64,000 nt of DNA from contig OZ244779.1 in NCBI GenBank assembly GCA_965219575.1, positions 780,769 through 844,768 of the forward strand, in the 5' to 3' direction. The translations under genes were made by a program, and so were the position numbers. Below, in pieces: positions 33,492-46,046 of the stretch (the first letter of the stretch is position 1; every line of letters begins with the position of its first letter). The notes under the pieces were generated by a model. It had not been told where the DNA came from. It was given only the letters and a program-made list of their open reading frames with translations, and did not search any database. The DNA is from Candidatus Oxydemutatoraceae bacterium (GTDB lineage Bacteria > Pseudomonadota > Gammaproteobacteria > Poriferisulfidales > Oxydemutatoraceae).

Positions 33492-36400
33492 TTACTTATC
33501 CTTGCGTGAAAATATCTTATTGAGGATACCTTTAATACGTCTGCCCGGGGCTTTGAGCGTATTCGTGGGATCTAATTTTCTCGCAACCGGGGCACTGGTA
33601 AATTGAACCTCGGGCTTGTCCCAAGTTCCTTTTAGTGTGTATTCCAAAGTGATGACTCTGTCGACCCAATTATCCAATTCGGTGACTCTACCGAGCAGAA
33701 ACACGGTGGCAGCCGTCAGTGGCCCGCCTAGAAAAGCGGTTGCCAATGCCACATTGGTACCTACATGCGGTGTCACCAAAATTTTTTGATCGTAATCGCG
33801 TTGCGTGATGCCGGTGCGTCCGGTAATTTTCATGTCCAAGGCAGGGCCGTTGATATCGAGGTTTTGAGTCATTAGATTGGCTTTATTAAATTCCAGCTCA
33901 CCTTGCATACTATCGAATTCGAAGCCTTTATCAAAGACATCTTTGAAATCGAGCGACAGGCGTCGTGCGAGTACATCGACATTCAACAAGCCGAATAATC
34001 TGCCTACTCCAGGTTCTATATTTTCTATAGAGCCGTTTTTTATTTGTAATTTAACCGGCCCCTGAAGTTGGTCTAGTTCAAATCCCATCGGGCTGTGGTC
34101 CCAATTCAGATTCACATTGATTTGTCCTTGTCCTCCTCGTAGTCCTCTAAAAAAATTCCAGTCGCGCAATAACTGTCCGTAGTCGTCGCTGTTTAATTGG
34201 AAACTGAAGCTACTATAGTCTTGCCCGTCTATTTTTTTCCAATCGCCCTGCAGTTGTATCTGGATTAAAATTTTATCGCCGTCCTTTTTGTTGAAGTTCA
34301 TTTTGCTTATTTGAACCCCGTCGGTGTCGGGGGAGAGTGCCATTCTGACATCTTCGATATCGAAACGTCCCGATTTGAATCGATCTATCTTGACCGATAT
34401 CGGGGGAAACGTGGCAGGATCCAGTTCGTCCGTCTCGGATGACAGGGCACTGCCCTCTAGTATTAGATGTTCCAAATCTAGATAAACGCGTTGGCTTCGA
34501 TCTGCGGGAATCGATGCATTGCCTTTGATTGTTTCGGAGTCTATCGTTAGCAGAGTTTTGTCTCGCTGCTGTTCGATTGTCAAATGTGCTTGATTGGCGG
34601 TGGAGTTATTCCAAACCAGCTGGTCTATCAGCACATCTATGTCTTGTGCATAAAGTTCGGAGCCGCCATCGCCACCCTGATAGCTCCCCGTCCAATCGAG
34701 CCATTCGTCGATAGGGAGATGCGGGATTACGCCGCGTACCGTGAAGCGCGCATCGTCGCTCGCTTCAAACGGATAAGCAATTTTCGGTGAAAATTGCAAC
34801 AAACCGGTCGGTGTTTGGTCTGCGGTTTCGGTATTCGGAGTCTGCAAAACCAAACGCACGCGGTCGCCGTAGTCGAATTGATAATTTTTACCGGTATCGG
34901 TGATTTCGGCAAGGAATGTCGAGTCGGCAACCTCGCCGGCGCGTTTATACAGCGGGTCGGGCATATTGACCGCTAAGGCTTTCAAGTCGGAGTTCAATTT
35001 CAATCGCAACGCACCTTTAGAGTCGGCACGCAACGGCGGGATTAGTAATTCCGCATCCCAAGTATCGGCGGCGGTATTGAAAGTAGTCTCGGGCAATGCG
35101 CGTATTGGCAAATAATCGGTAGGGAAAGGGATGCGGGTTTCCATTTTGAGCAAGGTTGAACCTGCGTCGGCTTCGGCGGTTGCGGTCAACGGATAAGTAT
35201 CGTTCAAAAGAGCCTTAATATTGTCCGAGCGTCCACCGAATTTATCAAAATGCAATCGTCCTTCCAGTTGGTTGAAATCTAAACCCAAGGTGTTCAGTTT
35301 CATATTTGCGCCGTCCAAGTCGATATAACCTCCTACGTAGGTTTCTCGTTCTAAGGTTGGAACCATTTTCGTATTCACCTTTAAGCTCATATTCACATCG
35401 CCGTCGGTTTCTATGTTCGAGATGAGGATACTTTCGGGGTCTACCAATCCGGTGTTTCTTGCATAGCTCAAAACATCGGCAAGCGGCCCGCGTCCTCGAG
35501 TATCGATTTTGATATAGGGCACGGCAATATCTTCCAGCAAAACGGTAGTGTCTTTGGCGTGAAAGTTCATTGTCCGTAAATTATCGCTTTGAACCTTTAG
35601 TACTTTATTTTCCAGTGACAAATCCAGATTGAGTTCCGTAATTTCGGGGTCTTGTTTGCGATAGAATAAAGTGACATCATCGGCTTGGGCTTGTAGCCGC
35701 CAAAGACCGGCATCCTTACCGAAAGGGGTATCCGGGTTTCCGTCTACGGAGAGTTCGGCGTATCGGACGGTGCCACCGCGTATCGCATTGCGTAGCCAGT
35801 TTTCGAGTCTGGGTTTGAGCGTTTGAGGTGGTATCCACTGCGGGATTTCGGTTGCCTTGAGATTGTGTAAATGCATCGACGACCGCAGGTTTTTATCTTT
35901 GCCACCGGTTATCCTGTAAAAAAGGTTTCCATCGATGCGGGTATCGGCGGAACCTTTGATAGAGAGGTCGTTCAGATTCCATTCTGTGTATTCGTCGTTT
36001 CGCTTATAATTTCCTTTTAATTCTATCCGTTCTAAATTTTGCGGCGAAACCCATTGATCGCGATGCAAACGGACATCGTCCAACACCCATTCGATTTGTC
36101 CGCTCAACGGCTGTGGCAGGTTGGTCGATGTTAGCGGTTCCGATAATCGTATCGGTGGCCAAACACGCGGCGATGTAAACCAACGGTCGGAGTGCGCGGT
36201 ATGTAATATCAAATCAACGGCTCGTTCGTCATCGGGAGTTTGGGTGGGATTTTGTTCCATACTAAGATCGGTTTGCGTATAAGAGAGCAACCGATTGTAT
36301 ATCGAAGGGGCAATGTGATTCGTTTGAAATCTTAAATTGCTGAAGTAACCGGCTTCATTTCGGTTTTGAACGATTGCCAAATCGACATTTTCTAAAACCG

Positions 36401-37415
36401 CATCGTCGCTTTGTAAGGACAAACCGGCAAAACCGAGTTCTCTGCCATTCTCGTCTGCTTGCCAGTTTAATTCGGTTTGTAGATGCGATATCGCATAGGC
36501 ACGATTTAATTCGGGGTTTAGATAGTCTTTCAGAGACAATGTGCCGGTTAAATTTTCCAAACCTTGCCGGTACGATGCCTGTCCCCATAACTCGGTTTGC
36601 AGCAGCCCTCGGTGCTTGGGAGGCACATCGATCAGTTGATAGAATGCGGCTAAATTCAGATCTTCGGCATCGATATAAAAATCACCTTTCGGATCGAATA
36701 TATCGTGTTCGAGCTCGGCTATCAAGGTCAGCTTTGAACCCAATACTTCGGGTAATTCGGTGACCAAAGCCAACTGCGTTGTATCGTATCGGGGGTTGAG
36801 TATGAAGTGTTCGACATTAAAGCTCCGAGTGTCTTCGCTATCGTTATGATCCCAATGTATCAGCACATCGTGAAAGCCTATATCAACATAGTCGATCGCT
36901 ACGGCTTTGCTCAGCAACTCACCGAGGTTGAATTGTTGCGTTCGCTCGGGTATAAGGAATTCTCGGTTAATCTGCGGCAGGCGTAACAAGTTATTTTCCG
37001 GATCGGTAGCTATTGCAAGTTCTATCCCCGACATTCGTAGCGAATCAAAGCGTAGTTTGCCATCGAGTAGCGAGCCCAATAAATCTATCACGACTTCCAT
37101 TTGTTCGACGATCAGTGGCGGCGTGGCAGCCTCGGGGTTCGAGAGTTCCACTTGTCGTGCGTAAATAATCGGGTTGATGAAATCCACTCGTCCGTTGATC
37201 TCGGTTATGGATGCGTCCAATCCGAATGTATCGGAAATCTGCGAGACAATCACTCCACGGTATTGTTCTATATCGTATACAAACCATCGCGCCGCAACAC
37301 TGAGTACGGCGGCAATGCCGAGCAACATCACAGAAGCGGATAAAATCCAACCGAGGATGGGATATTCGGGCTTAGATTTTTTCGGCTTCGCTTTTGATTT
37401 CGTAGAGTTTGGCAT
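33492..37415 (-). CDS. yhdP: YhdP / AsmA-like lipid transport protein
   Basis: About 1300 aa, N-terminal [33 protein letters not shown]. Confidence 0.85.
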   Translation of the reverse strand: MPNSTKSKAKPKKSKPEYPILGWILSASVMLLGIAAVLSVAARWFVYDIEQYRGVIVSQISDTFGLDASITEINGRVDFINPIIYARQVELSNPEAATPPLIVEQMEVVIDLLGSLLDGKLRFDSLRMSGIELAIATDPENNLLRLPQINREFLIPERTQQFNLGELLSKAVAIDYVDIGFHDVLIHWDHNDSEDTRSFNVEHFILNPRYDTTQLALVTELPEVLGSKLTLIAELEHDIFDPKGDFYIDAEDLNLAAFYQLIDVPPKHRGLLQTELWGQASYRQGLENLTGTLSLKDYLNPELNRAYAISHLQTELNWQADENGRELGFAGLSLQSDDAVLENVDLAIVQNRNEAGYFSNLRFQTNHIAPSIYNRLLSYTQTDLSMEQNPTQTPDDERAVDLILHTAHSDRWFTSPRVWPPIRLSEPLTSTNLPQPLSGQIEWVLDDVRLHRDQWVSPQNLERIELKGNYKRNDEYTEWNLNDLSIKGSADTRIDGNLFYRITGGKDKNLRSSMHLHNLKATEIPQWIPPQTLKPRLENWLRNAIRGGTVRYAELSVDGNPDTPFGKDAGLWRLQAQADDVTLFYRKQDPEITELNLDLSLENKVLKVQSDNLRTMNFHAKDTTVLLEDIAVPYIKIDTRGRGPLADVLSYARNTGLVDPESILISNIETDGDVNMSLKVNTKMVPTLERETYVGGYIDLDGANMKLNTLGLDFNQLEGRLHFDKFGGRSDNIKALLNDTYPLTATAEADAGSTLLKMETRIPFPTDYLPIRALPETTFNTAADTWDAELLIPPLRADSKGALRLKLNSDLKALAVNMPDPLYKRAGEVADSTFLAEITDTGKNYQFDYGDRVRLVLQTPNTETADQTPTGLLQFSPKIAYPFEASDDARFTVRGVIPHLPIDEWLDWTGSYQGGDGGSELYAQDIDVLIDQLVWNNSTANQAHLTIEQQRDKTLLTIDSETIKGNASIPADRSQRVYLDLEHLILEGSALSSETDELDPATFPPISVKIDRFKSGRFDIEDVRMALSPDTDGVQISKMNFNKKDGDKILIQIQLQGDWKKIDGQDYSSFSFQLNSDDYGQLLRDWNFFRGLRGGQGQINVNLNWDHSPMGFELDQLQGPVKLQIKNGSIENIEPGVGRLFGLLNVDVLARRLSLDFKDVFDKGFEFDSMQGELEFNKANLMTQNLDINGPALDMKITGRTGITQRDYDQKILVTPHVGTNVALATAFLGGPLTAATVFLLGRVTELDNWVDRVITLEYTLKGTWDKPEVQFTSAPVARKLDPTNTLKAPGRRIKGILNKIFSRKDK

Positions 37416-39936
37416 GTGCTTCACGCGGGCTGAGCGCATCGAGGTCTAAAGCGGAAATTAGGTTTGCGAGTTTTTTCTCGGACTCAACTACCTGCGTTGT
37501 TGGTTGCGAGAATTCCAATGCGATTTGTGGATCGCTATTGTTGTGTTTTTGTTGTGCTTCCAGCATTTGTAGCTTTTGTTTCGCAACCCCGATGACATCT
37601 TCGGGCACGCCGGCTAGCCGAGCCACTTGCAGTCCGTAGCTCTTATCGGTATGACCGGTCTTAACTTTATATAAAAAGATTATTTTCTCCTTATGTTCAA
37701 TCGCATCTATATGTACATTGTGCACCGTTTCGTAGTGTCGGTCTAGCGATGTCAATTCAAAATAATGGCTTGCGAATAAGGTGAGTGCGCGATTGTGTTC
37801 GGCAAGATACGCCACACACGCCCAAGCCAAACTCATGCCGTCAAAGGTGCTGGTGCCGCGCCCTATCTCATCCATTAAGATCAGGCTATGCGGTGTTGCA
37901 TTATTTAATATGTTTGCGGTTTCGGTCATCTCTACCATAAAAGTAGACCGCCCCGACGAAATGTCGTCCGAAGCACCGATGCGCGTAAAAATTCGATCTA
38001 TAGGTCCGATGACGGCTTTGTCGGCGGGGATATAAGCACCGATATGGGCGAGCAACACGATCAATGCGGTTTGCCGCATGTAGGTTGATTTGCCACCCAT
38101 ATTGGGACCGGTAATAATCAATATGCGCCGTTGTTCATTCATGTATAAATCATTGGAAATGAATTCATTCTCCATTGTACGCTCGGCAACGGGGTGTCTA
38201 CCGGCGATGATCTTGATTCCGATCTGCTGCGAGAACTCGGGTCGACAATATCGGTACTGTTGTGCGCAACGGGCGAGGCTATTGAGTACATCGAGCGTTG
38301 CAAGACCTTGCGCACATTCTTTCAATGAAACCAGATCCGGCACAAAGCTTCGCAATAATTCCAAATAAAGTTTTTTTTCGTAAGCCAACGCCTGTTCCTG
38401 CGCAGCTAGAATACGCCCTTGAAATTGCTGCAGCGCAGGGATGGTGAAGCGGGAGGCATTTTTCAAGGTTTGCACACATTGATAATCGGCAGGGACATGT
38501 TGGCTTTGTGCTTTGGTGACTTCTATATAGTAGCCGTGTATTTTGTTGTAGCCGAGGCGCAGATTGGACAAACCGCTGCGTTGTTGTTCGTCTTTTTCCA
38601 GCTTGAGTAAATAGTCGTCGCCGTGGCTACTCAAGGTGCGTAATTCGTCCAACTTGACATCGAAGCCGGTTTTGATAACGCCGCCGTCTCGTATCGTTGC
38701 AGGCGGTTGATCTTTTATCGCCTTTGCTAAAGTCTCGGTGATGGCTTCCTTGACATCGAGCATCGCATCAATCCTTTGCAACAGTCGCACATCGGTGTTG
38801 TTCAATAGTGCTTTGATATCGGGCAACATTTCCAGTGTTTCGCGCATCCCCAATAAGTCTCTGGGGCGTGCGGTCAATAGAGCGAGTCTGGAAATAATAC
38901 GCTCCAAATCGCTGATTTTTTTGAATTGCCGCACAATCGCCTCGGTATCGCCGTGCTGCATCAGCCATTCAACCGCATCGAGCCGGTTATCAATACGCTT
39001 GTGATCCTTGAGCGGCTGCCCGAACCATCGTCGCAAACAACGGCTCCCCATTGCCGAACCGGTTTTGTCATAGGTCGCAACCAAGCTGTGCCGATCTTGA
39101 CCCGAGAGCGCACTGTCTATCTCTAGGCACGCCCGACTTTCGGCATCTATTGCGATGTAATCTTGCAGATGCTCTACGGTTAGTTTGGATAAATGGGGGA
39201 GTATGCTTTTTTGGGTCTCCTTTAAGTAATGAAGCAATGCGCCCGATGCACAAATCGCACTGTGCAGTTGCTCACAGCCGAAACCGCTTAAATCCCGAGT
39301 GTTCATCTGCTCGCAAAGGATGCGGTGACAATAATCGTGGGCGTAATGCCAGAGCGGACGTATCGTTCGTTGCGCCGGCACGGAAAGTTCTAATCCTTGA
39401 TGCTCCGCCAACAAGATTTCCGAAGGCTGCATCCGCTTGAGTTCGGCGTTGACACTTGCGATATCCTCACATTCGCAAAGCCTAAAGTTTCCGGTGCTGA
39501 GTTCGACGGTTGCGATGCCGTAGTTCCCTTTGTCTCGGTGTACGGAGACGAGCAGGTTTTCTTTTCTTTCTTGCAACAGGCTCTCTTCGGTCAAAGTGCC
39601 GGGAGTGATAATGCGTACCACCTGCCGTTCGACTAAACCTTTGCTCGCCTTAGGGTCGCCTATCTGATTGCATAGCACTACCGATTCGCCGCGTTGCACC
39701 AGCTTGGCAATATACGACTCAACCGAATGTACCGGCACACCGGCCATCGGAATAGGTTCTTTATCGGAACGGTTGCGCGAGGTTAGGGTGATGTCGAGCA
39801 AGCGCGCCGCCTTTTCGGCATCGTCGTAAAACAACTCGTAAAAGTCGCCCATTTGATAGAGCAACAATAGCTTAGGATACTGAGCCTTAATATCCAGATA
39901 CTGTTGCATGCTCTGTGTATGTTTAGTCTTTGACAT
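37372..39936 (-). CDS. mutS: DNA mismatch repair protein MutS
   Basis: [34 protein letters not shown]. Confidence 0.98.
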   Translation of the reverse strand: MSKTKHTQSMQQYLDIKAQYPKLLLLYQMGDFYELFYDDAEKAARLLDITLTSRNRSDKEPIPMAGVPVHSVESYIAKLVQRGESVVLCNQIGDPKASKGLVERQVVRIITPGTLTEESLLQERKENLLVSVHRDKGNYGIATVELSTGNFRLCECEDIASVNAELKRMQPSEILLAEHQGLELSVPAQRTIRPLWHYAHDYCHRILCEQMNTRDLSGFGCEQLHSAICASGALLHYLKETQKSILPHLSKLTVEHLQDYIAIDAESRACLEIDSALSGQDRHSLVATYDKTGSAMGSRCLRRWFGQPLKDHKRIDNRLDAVEWLMQHGDTEAIVRQFKKISDLERIISRLALLTARPRDLLGMRETLEMLPDIKALLNNTDVRLLQRIDAMLDVKEAITETLAKAIKDQPPATIRDGGVIKTGFDVKLDELRTLSSHGDDYLLKLEKDEQQRSGLSNLRLGYNKIHGYYIEVTKAQSQHVPADYQCVQTLKNASRFTIPALQQFQGRILAAQEQALAYEKKLYLELLRSFVPDLVSLKECAQGLATLDVLNSLARCAQQYRYCRPEFSQQIGIKIIAGRHPVAERTMENEFISNDLYMNEQRRILIITGPNMGGKSTYMRQTALIVLLAHIGAYIPADKAVIGPIDRIFTRIGASDDISSGRSTFMVEMTETANILNNATPHSLILMDEIGRGTSTFDGMSLAWACVAYLAEHNRALTLFASHYFELTSLDRHYETVHNVHIDAIEHKEKIIFLYKVKTGHTDKSYGLQVARLAGVPEDVIGVAKQKLQMLEAQQKHNNSDPQIALEFSQPTTQVVESEKKLANLISALDLDALSPREAHAKLYEIKSEAEKI

Positions 39937-40010
39937 ATAATGTTCGTTTTATGTTAATGAATGATGTCAGTCTATAGATTTGTCTATAAAAGAGATATAA
40001 CCAAAGCCCG

Positions 40011-40529
40011 ATGACCGCCATGACCGATATTTTAAGCGATAAATCAATCTATACAATGTGCGAAAAGCTCGCATCCGCATCGTGCAAGCATAATATCAGG
40101 CTGGCAACGGCAGAATCATGCACCGGTGGGTGGATTGCCAAAGCCTGTACCGACCTGCCCGGCAGCTCTGCATGGTTCAGTGCCGCCTTAGTGACCTATA
40201 GTCTCGAGGCGAAAGCAACCACGCTCGGCATCGATCAGTCGCTACTCCGAGAGTACGGTGCGGTGAGCCGTGAAGTCGTATCACAGATGCTCGGAAAAAC
40301 GCTGTTGAAAGTAGCCGATGCGGATATCGCAGTTGCGGTGAGCGGTATCGCCGGACCCGACGGTGGCACTCGCAATAAACCCGTCGGTACGGTATGGATC
40401 GGCTGGCAACTGCGCGACCGCACACCGCACATTCGGCTTTGTAACTTCGCCGGCACGCGCGACCACATTCGGCGTGCAACCGTAGCCGAAGCCGTTCAAG
40501 GTATCTTGCGATTACTGGAAGGACATTGA
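40011..40529 (+). CDS. pncC: NMN amidohydrolase, CinA C-terminal family
   Basis: ATAESCTGG, PGSSAWF, GAVS, SGIAGPDGG..KPVGTV; divergent from mutS, upstream of recA. Confidence 0.9.
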   Translation: MTAMTDILSDKSIYTMCEKLASASCKHNIRLATAESCTGGWIAKACTDLPGSSAWFSAALVTYSLEAKATTLGIDQSLLREYGAVSREVVSQMLGKTLLKVADADIAVAVSGIAGPDGGTRNKPVGTVWIGWQLRDRTPHIRLCNFAGTRDHIRRATVAEAVQGILRLLEGH

Positions 40530-40561
40530 TTCAATGCGCTGCCCGACAGGTTGGTCGCAGC

Positions 40562-40695
40562 GGATCTGCACAAGTATAGTGTCGGTATATTCCCCTCCTT
40601 TGGAGGAGTGGCAGGCGTAACGTTGTGTAGAACCTTGATACATAGTACAAAATGTAAAGCCTTTCCATGGGTTGGTTGTGGAGGATCTGCACAAA
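40562..40695. repeat. Composite repeat (CCCCTCC hairpin module plus module E)
   Basis: TTCCCCTCCTTTGGAGGAGTGGCAGGCG at 40590; ACATAGTACAAAATGTAAAGCCTTTCCA also present at 4548. Confidence 0.8.
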
Positions 40696-40733
40696 CCTAA
40701 CCGCCATGCGCCAAGAATATCTGCCAACCACCG

Positions 40734-41921
40734 CTACGATTCTTGCCGAAGTGCTCTATATCTTTCTAGGGTCTTCCCGAAAGGTTCAATCCAAAGGTTA
40801 TCGTCCAGCTTTCTTGTTCTTTCTTCTTGGAGCGAACAGATAATCAGAGGCACATTGGGGAAGTTCTCTCTGAAGGCTTTGATTGAGTTTTTATTTTTTA
40901 TTTGCAAAGATGTTTTACACTCAATCGCCATGACGGGTTTGCCCTCTAACTCAATAAGAAAATCAATTTTCCATTTCCCCGAACGCCATAGCGAAATTTG
41001 ATGGTCGCTTCTCGTATAGTCCTTGATTCTTACAAGTTCGTTAGCAAGATTTGTTTCAAAAAGTGTTCCGAGTTCTGCGGGTGAGGGGCTGCCGCTTAAC
41101 CTTCTCTGCAAAGCCCGCACGACACCGCAATCAAAAAAATAAAACTTGGGTCGTGCCTTTTTGCGCTCGCTACGGGCGAAAGGCCAAAGGAAGTATCCTA
41201 TTAAGGTATCTTCTAAAACAGAATAATATTCCTTAACGGTACTTGCCGGCACCGAACACTCACGCGAGATATTGCTGAATTGAATCATCTGCGCATTGCA
41301 TTGACCTGCCACCTCTAAAAACCTTTGGAAAGAGCCTAATTGTCTTACCAAGGCTTCGGCTTTCACTTCCTCTTTGAGATAAGTCGTGACATAACTCTTC
41401 AAATGATCTATAGCAAGGTTTTCTTGTTTCTTAGCGATGAGTGTTGAAACAAAAGGTAGAGAACCATAACTTAAAACCTGAGCCATATCAAAATGCGCAC
41501 CTAATTCTTTCTTTGTGAGTGGGTGGAGCTTAAAGTCGACGGCTCTACCGCCCAAGAGATTGGCTTTACCTTTCTTAAGTTTTCTGGCACTAGACCCCGA
41601 CAGAAAAAATTGCAACTGCTTTTTCTCGATACCCATTTGAACATAGTCTAGGAGAGAGGGAACTTTCTGTATTTCATCTACTACAACTCGGCTTCCCGGT
41701 TTTAAGGAAAAGATTTCTTCCCAGAACAACCGAGGGCGAAGTCGAAAGTCCATTTCTAACTGTGCGTCCAGCAAGTCGTAATAAGCGGCAACATCTAATT
41801 GGCTCATCAGATGAGTTTTTCCGACTTGCCGAGGCCCTAAAAGGAACAAAGAGGAAGGATGGGAACCGATATCAACCTCTCTTTTATAGTACATCATGTT
41901 ATTTATACTCATAAATAACAT
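40734..41921 (-). CDS. AAA+ ATPase with DUF4143 domain (COG1373)
   Basis: GPRQVGKT, VVDEIQK, SGSSA, LGGRA, KFYFFDCG, C-terminal IDF..AIECK. Confidence 0.9.
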   Translation of the reverse strand: MLFMSINNMMYYKREVDIGSHPSSLFLLGPRQVGKTHLMSQLDVAAYYDLLDAQLEMDFRLRPRLFWEEIFSLKPGSRVVVDEIQKVPSLLDYVQMGIEKKQLQFFLSGSSARKLKKGKANLLGGRAVDFKLHPLTKKELGAHFDMAQVLSYGSLPFVSTLIAKKQENLAIDHLKSYVTTYLKEEVKAEALVRQLGSFQRFLEVAGQCNAQMIQFSNISRECSVPASTVKEYYSVLEDTLIGYFLWPFARSERKKARPKFYFFDCGVVRALQRRLSGSPSPAELGTLFETNLANELVRIKDYTRSDHQISLWRSGKWKIDFLIELEGKPVMAIECKTSLQIKNKNSIKAFRENFPNVPLIICSLQEERTRKLDDNLWIEPFGKTLERYRALRQES

Positions 41922-41998
41922 TATAATATAAATTTATGAAAAACTAGGCTTTATGCTTCCCTCGCTAATTTATGTTAACTATTATTGGGAGTAGATCA

Positions 41999-42256
41999 TT
42001 CCCCTCCTTCGGAGGGGTGGCAGGCGCAGCCCGACGGGGTGGTTGCAGTATCGGGCTGTTGAAAAAGTACCGTTCTGCACGAACCCAACCGCTATGCGTC
42101 GTATGGTTTTGGTTTCCATAAATCGGGTGAATGAATGTATAAATCGTGCAGATGTAACGCGTTACGGGCAGAATAGAGCCGCCGATTGAGCCGGTAGGTC
42201 AATCGGCAATTTTGATGTCCGCCCCTACATTATATGTAATATTTTTTTAACAATTC
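41999..42256. repeat. Composite nested repeat
   Basis: CCCCTCC module 41999-42043; TIR 42053-42069; REP palindrome 42166-42228 with hairpin D (42181-42207) in its loop. Confidence 0.85.
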
Positions 42257-42504
42257 TATTTGAGTAGCGCGATCGTCATGGTGGCGTATACACCTACGAG
42301 CGTCCCCATGATGACTACTGTACCTATAAACAAACTAATAACCCAGGTACGCATCTTTGACATGTCGGCCTTGAACTCGTTGCGGAGTTCGTTCATGTCG
42401 GCCTTGAATTCATTACGGAGTTCGTCCAAGCCAATCTGGGTGCCTTGAATGTCGTCTTTAAGTTCTCTATAAACTTCGTCTATTGTCATTTTCTTGTTTT
42501 TCAT
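42256..42504 (-). CDS. Small coiled-coil protein with C-terminal TM helix (DUF1640/Bdr-like)
   Basis: ELRNEFKADM duplicated on a 33-bp period; hydrophobic C-terminus. Confidence 0.65.
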   Translation of the reverse strand: MKNKKMTIDEVYRELKDDIQGTQIGLDELRNEFKADMNELRNEFKADMSKMRTWVISLFIGTVVIMGTLVGVYATMTIALLK

Positions 42505-42736
42505 AACCTATTTCCTTCATCAACATTTTTAGAATGTTCACACTATAGCATAAACGATATTAAGGTCTAATATTATGAAGTTTGTGGAGCGGAGGGTCTA
42601 CCTCTACAGATGCAGTTCATACCCAAATTTTGGTTGCTTCGTCGGTTTTATTTTTAAGGTGCCTGTTTATGGTATAGAATAGCTTGAAAATTGGTTTTTA
42701 CTTAGCCAAGTCCATTAAATCAGAGGAGAAATAACA

Positions 42737-43822
42737 ATGGAAGAAGGTCGTAGAAAAGCGTTGGAAACTGCGCTAGCGCAAATTGATAAGCAGTTCGGCA
42801 AGGGTTCTATTATGCGTCTTGGTGACACGAAGGCGACTTACGATATAGAGGTGATACCGTCGGGGTCTATCGCCTTGGATTTGGCATTGGGTATAGGCGG
42901 TTTTCCCAGAGGACGGATTATAGAGATTTTCGGCACCGAATCTTCGGGTAAAACGACGCTTGCATTACACGCGGTTGCGCAATGTCAAGCTGCCGGAGGC
43001 ACGGCAGCTTTTGTCGATGCCGAGCATGCCCTGGACTCCGTCTACGCCGGCAAGTTGGGTGTCGATATCGACGATTTCCTGATATCGCAACCGGATACCG
43101 GCGAGCAGGGCTTGGAGATCACCGACATGTTGGTACGCTCGGGTTCGGTTGATTTGGTGGTTGTCGATTCGGTCGCTGCATTAACACCGCGCTCCGAGAT
43201 AGAAGGTGACATGGGGGACACCCATGTCGGTTTGCAGGCGCGTTTGATGTCGCAGGCACTGCGCAAGCTGACCGCTAATATCCAACGCTCAAAAGCAATC
43301 GTTATTTTCATCAATCAGATACGGATGAAAATCGGGGTGATGTTCGGAAACCCTGAGACGACGACCGGCGGCAACGCATTAAAGTTTTATGCCTCGATGC
43401 GCTTGGATATACGGCGCGCCGGGCAGATCAAAAAAGGCGACGAGGTCGTAGGCAACGAGACTCGTGTGAAAGTCGTAAAGAACAAATTGGCACCGCCGTT
43501 CAGAGTTGCTAATTTTGAGATCAGATACGGAGAAGGTATCTCGCACGATGCCGAGTTAATCGATTTGGGTGTGAAACATAATTTGGTGGAGAAATTGGGT
43601 TCTTGGTATAGTTATAAGAATGAGAAAATAGGGCAAGGCAAGGATAATGTGCGTCTGTACTTAAAAGAGAACCCTAAAGTGGCGGAAGAGCTTGAAAAAA
43701 ATCTGCGTATGCTACTGTTGAGCGATACACCGGCGAGCAAAGCCGAAAGCGAAGCGGATGAAAAGGCGAAAAAAACCAACGGCGAATCCCCTAAGAAAAC
43801 CACCGCCGGTTCTACAGCTTGA
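42737..43822 (+). CDS. recA: Recombinase A
   Basis: [43 protein letters not shown]. Confidence 0.99.
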   Translation: MEEGRRKALETALAQIDKQFGKGSIMRLGDTKATYDIEVIPSGSIALDLALGIGGFPRGRIIEIFGTESSGKTTLALHAVAQCQAAGGTAAFVDAEHALDSVYAGKLGVDIDDFLISQPDTGEQGLEITDMLVRSGSVDLVVVDSVAALTPRSEIEGDMGDTHVGLQARLMSQALRKLTANIQRSKAIVIFINQIRMKIGVMFGNPETTTGGNALKFYASMRLDIRRAGQIKKGDEVVGNETRVKVVKNKLAPPFRVANFEIRYGEGISHDAELIDLGVKHNLVEKLGSWYSYKNEKIGQGKDNVRLYLKENPKVAEELEKNLRMLLLSDTPASKAESEADEKAKKTNGESPKKTTAGSTA

Positions 43823-44277
43823 TGGCGGACGGCAACATTGCCTTAGTCACGAAAGCACTATCTTATTTAAGCCGGCGAGAGCACCATAGAGCAGAATTAA
43901 AATCCAAGCTGTCTAGAAGCAAAGCATACAATGAGGCTAGCGTAGAAGCGGTATTGGATCGTCTGGAAGCCGAAGGTTTATTATCGGATATGCGTTATAT
44001 AGAATCCTTTATCACCTCTCGTATCAACAGGCTCTACGGTCCGATGCGTATCAAAATGGAACTGCTACAGAAAAAACTCGATCCCGATCGCGTCGAGCAA
44101 ATGCTTGCAGAGTCGGACACCGATTGGCAACACAACGCGCGAATTTGTCTGCAGAAGAAATTTCCTCAAAAACCCGGCGATGCGCAAGAACTCGCCAAAC
44201 AACGGCGATTTCTTTGGCAACGCGGTTATTCCGAAGAGATGATTCGTTCCGCACTTAACACAAGCGACGATGAATAA
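43819..44277 (+). CDS. recX: Regulatory protein RecX
   Basis: [24 protein letters not shown]; overlaps the recA stop. Confidence 0.9.
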   Translation: MMADGNIALVTKALSYLSRREHHRAELKSKLSRSKAYNEASVEAVLDRLEAEGLLSDMRYIESFITSRINRLYGPMRIKMELLQKKLDPDRVEQMLAESDTDWQHNARICLQKKFPQKPGDAQELAKQRRFLWQRGYSEEMIRSALNTSDDE

Positions 44278-44282
44278 ACACG

Positions 44283-46046
44283 ATGAAGGATGTTGATGTA
44301 GATAGAGCCGTTTTTTATCGCTTGCTGAGTTATAGCTGGCAACGTTCGCGCTATTTTGTGATTGCGATTTCGGGGATGTTGATTTATGCGGCGAGCGACA
44401 CCGGTTTTGCTATGTTGATGAAACCTTTGATAGACGAGGGTTTTTATAGCAAAGACCAATATGTCTTTCTGGAATGGTTGCCCCTACTCATCGTATTGGT
44501 ATTGCTTGCCCGAGGTGTCGGCAGTTTCATGGGCTCGTACTATATGGATTATGTCGGCAACTATGTAGTCAAGCAGCTACGCTCCGAGACATTCGCCCAT
44601 ATATTGCGGTTGCCGACATCTTATTACGATCAGAATCCCGAAGGTGAACTGACCTCAAGAATAATCTACAACATCAACATCACCGCGAGTGCATCGTCCA
44701 GAGCGTTGACGATTTTGGTTAGAGATACTTTGACGGTGTTGGGTCTTTTGGCGTGGCTGTTTTATATCAGCTGGCAACTGACTTTGCTGATGTTGGTGCT
44801 GGTGCCGGTCATCCTGTTCATATTGAGTTATATCAATAGACGTTTTCGTTCGTTGCATCATCGTCATCAGGAGTTAATGGCTAATTTAACCGGCAATGTG
44901 CAGCAGGCGGTTAGAAGCAACAGCACGATTAAAATCTTTGACGGCTACGATTACGAAACCGCACATTTTGAAACCAACAACGAGAATGTGCGCCGCTACT
45001 TAATGCGCACATCGGCGGTCAAGTCTATAGGCACGCCGGTTATGATGTTGATTTTAGGGTTGAGTTTGGCGGCGATCGTCTATTTGATGAATGCCGAACA
45101 GCTACTTCCCAAAGTGTCGCCGGGGACTTTCGTTTCTTTCATTGTTGCGATGATATTGTTGTTTAGACCGGTGCGTAGTCTAGTCCAAATCAATGTGATT
45201 TTGCAACAAGGCATCGTTGCCGCACAGAGCGTATTTGATTTTTTGGATATAAAACCGGAATCGGATAATGACGAGTATGTGGCGCATCGTTGGCAGGGAC
45301 ACATTCGCTATAACGATGTGTCGTTTTCGTATACACAGCCGCATGCCGAAAACCTCCAACCGGCATTGTCGCATATCAATTTAGAGATTACTCCTTTAGA
45401 GACACTGGCACTGGTCGGTGTTTCGGGTTCGGGTAAATCCACTCTGGTTAGCTTGCTTCCTCGGCTTTACGAATGTAGCGCAGGGCATATTGAACTCGAT
45501 GGTCACGACATAAAAAACCTGCCGTTGTCTCAGTTGCGTGCGCAGATTGCTTATGCCGGGCAAGATATCGTGCTGTTCAACGATAGCGTCGCCAACAACA
45601 TTGCGTACGGCACACGAGCCTCGCCGTCGCAAATAGAAGACGCTGCGCAGAAGTCACACGCGATAGATTTCATAAAAAAGTTACCACAAGGATTTGACAC
45701 CGTAATCGGTGATGCCGGCGGTCGCTTATCGGGGGGCGAACGGCAGCGTATTGCGATCGCTCGTGCCTTGTTGAAGCGCGCACCGATTATTATTTTTGAC
45801 GAGGCAACCTCGGCACTAGATTCAGAGTCGGAGAGCATGATTCAACTGGCACTGGAGGAGATCTCCGATCAATGCACGATGATTCTAATTGCCCATCGTT
45901 TCTCTACGATTAGGTTGGCAAATCGCATCGTGGTTTTGGCAAACGGGCGTATCGTAGAGCAAGGTAGCCATGACGAGTTAATCGCCGCACAAAAGACTTA
46001 TCATAATCTTTATATGTCCGGACACGGTCGGAGAATAGCGGCTTGA
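44283..46046 (+). CDS. msbA: Lipid A flippase MsbA
   Basis: TM domain plus GVSGSGKST, LSGGERQR, FDEATSALD; directly upstream of lpxK. Confidence 0.9.
   Translation: MKDVDVDRAVFYRLLSYSWQRSRYFVIAISGMLIYAASDTGFAMLMKPLIDEGFYSKDQYVFLEWLPLLIVLVLLARGVGSFMGSYYMDYVGNYVVKQLRSETFAHILRLPTSYYDQNPEGELTSRIIYNINITASASSRALTILVRDTLTVLGLLAWLFYISWQLTLLMLVLVPVILFILSYINRRFRSLHHRHQELMANLTGNVQQAVRSNSTIKIFDGYDYETAHFETNNENVRRYLMRTSAVKSIGTPVMMLILGLSLAAIVYLMNAEQLLPKVSPGTFVSFIVAMILLFRPVRSLVQINVILQQGIVAAQSVFDFLDIKPESDNDEYVAHRWQGHIRYNDVSFSYTQPHAENLQPALSHINLEITPLETLALVGVSGSGKSTLVSLLPRLYECSAGHIELDGHDIKNLPLSQLRAQIAYAGQDIVLFNDSVANNIAYGTRASPSQIEDAAQKSHAIDFIKKLPQGFDTVIGDAGGRLSGGERQRIAIARALLKRAPIIIFDEATSALDSESESMIQLALEEISDQCTMILIAHRFSTIRLANRIVVLANGRIVEQGSHDELIAAQKTYHNLYMSGHGRRIAA

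Noticed and set aside
42660-42682. LexA box upstream of recA
   Set aside because: CTGTTTATGGTATAGA lacks the CAG half-site of CTG-N10-CAG
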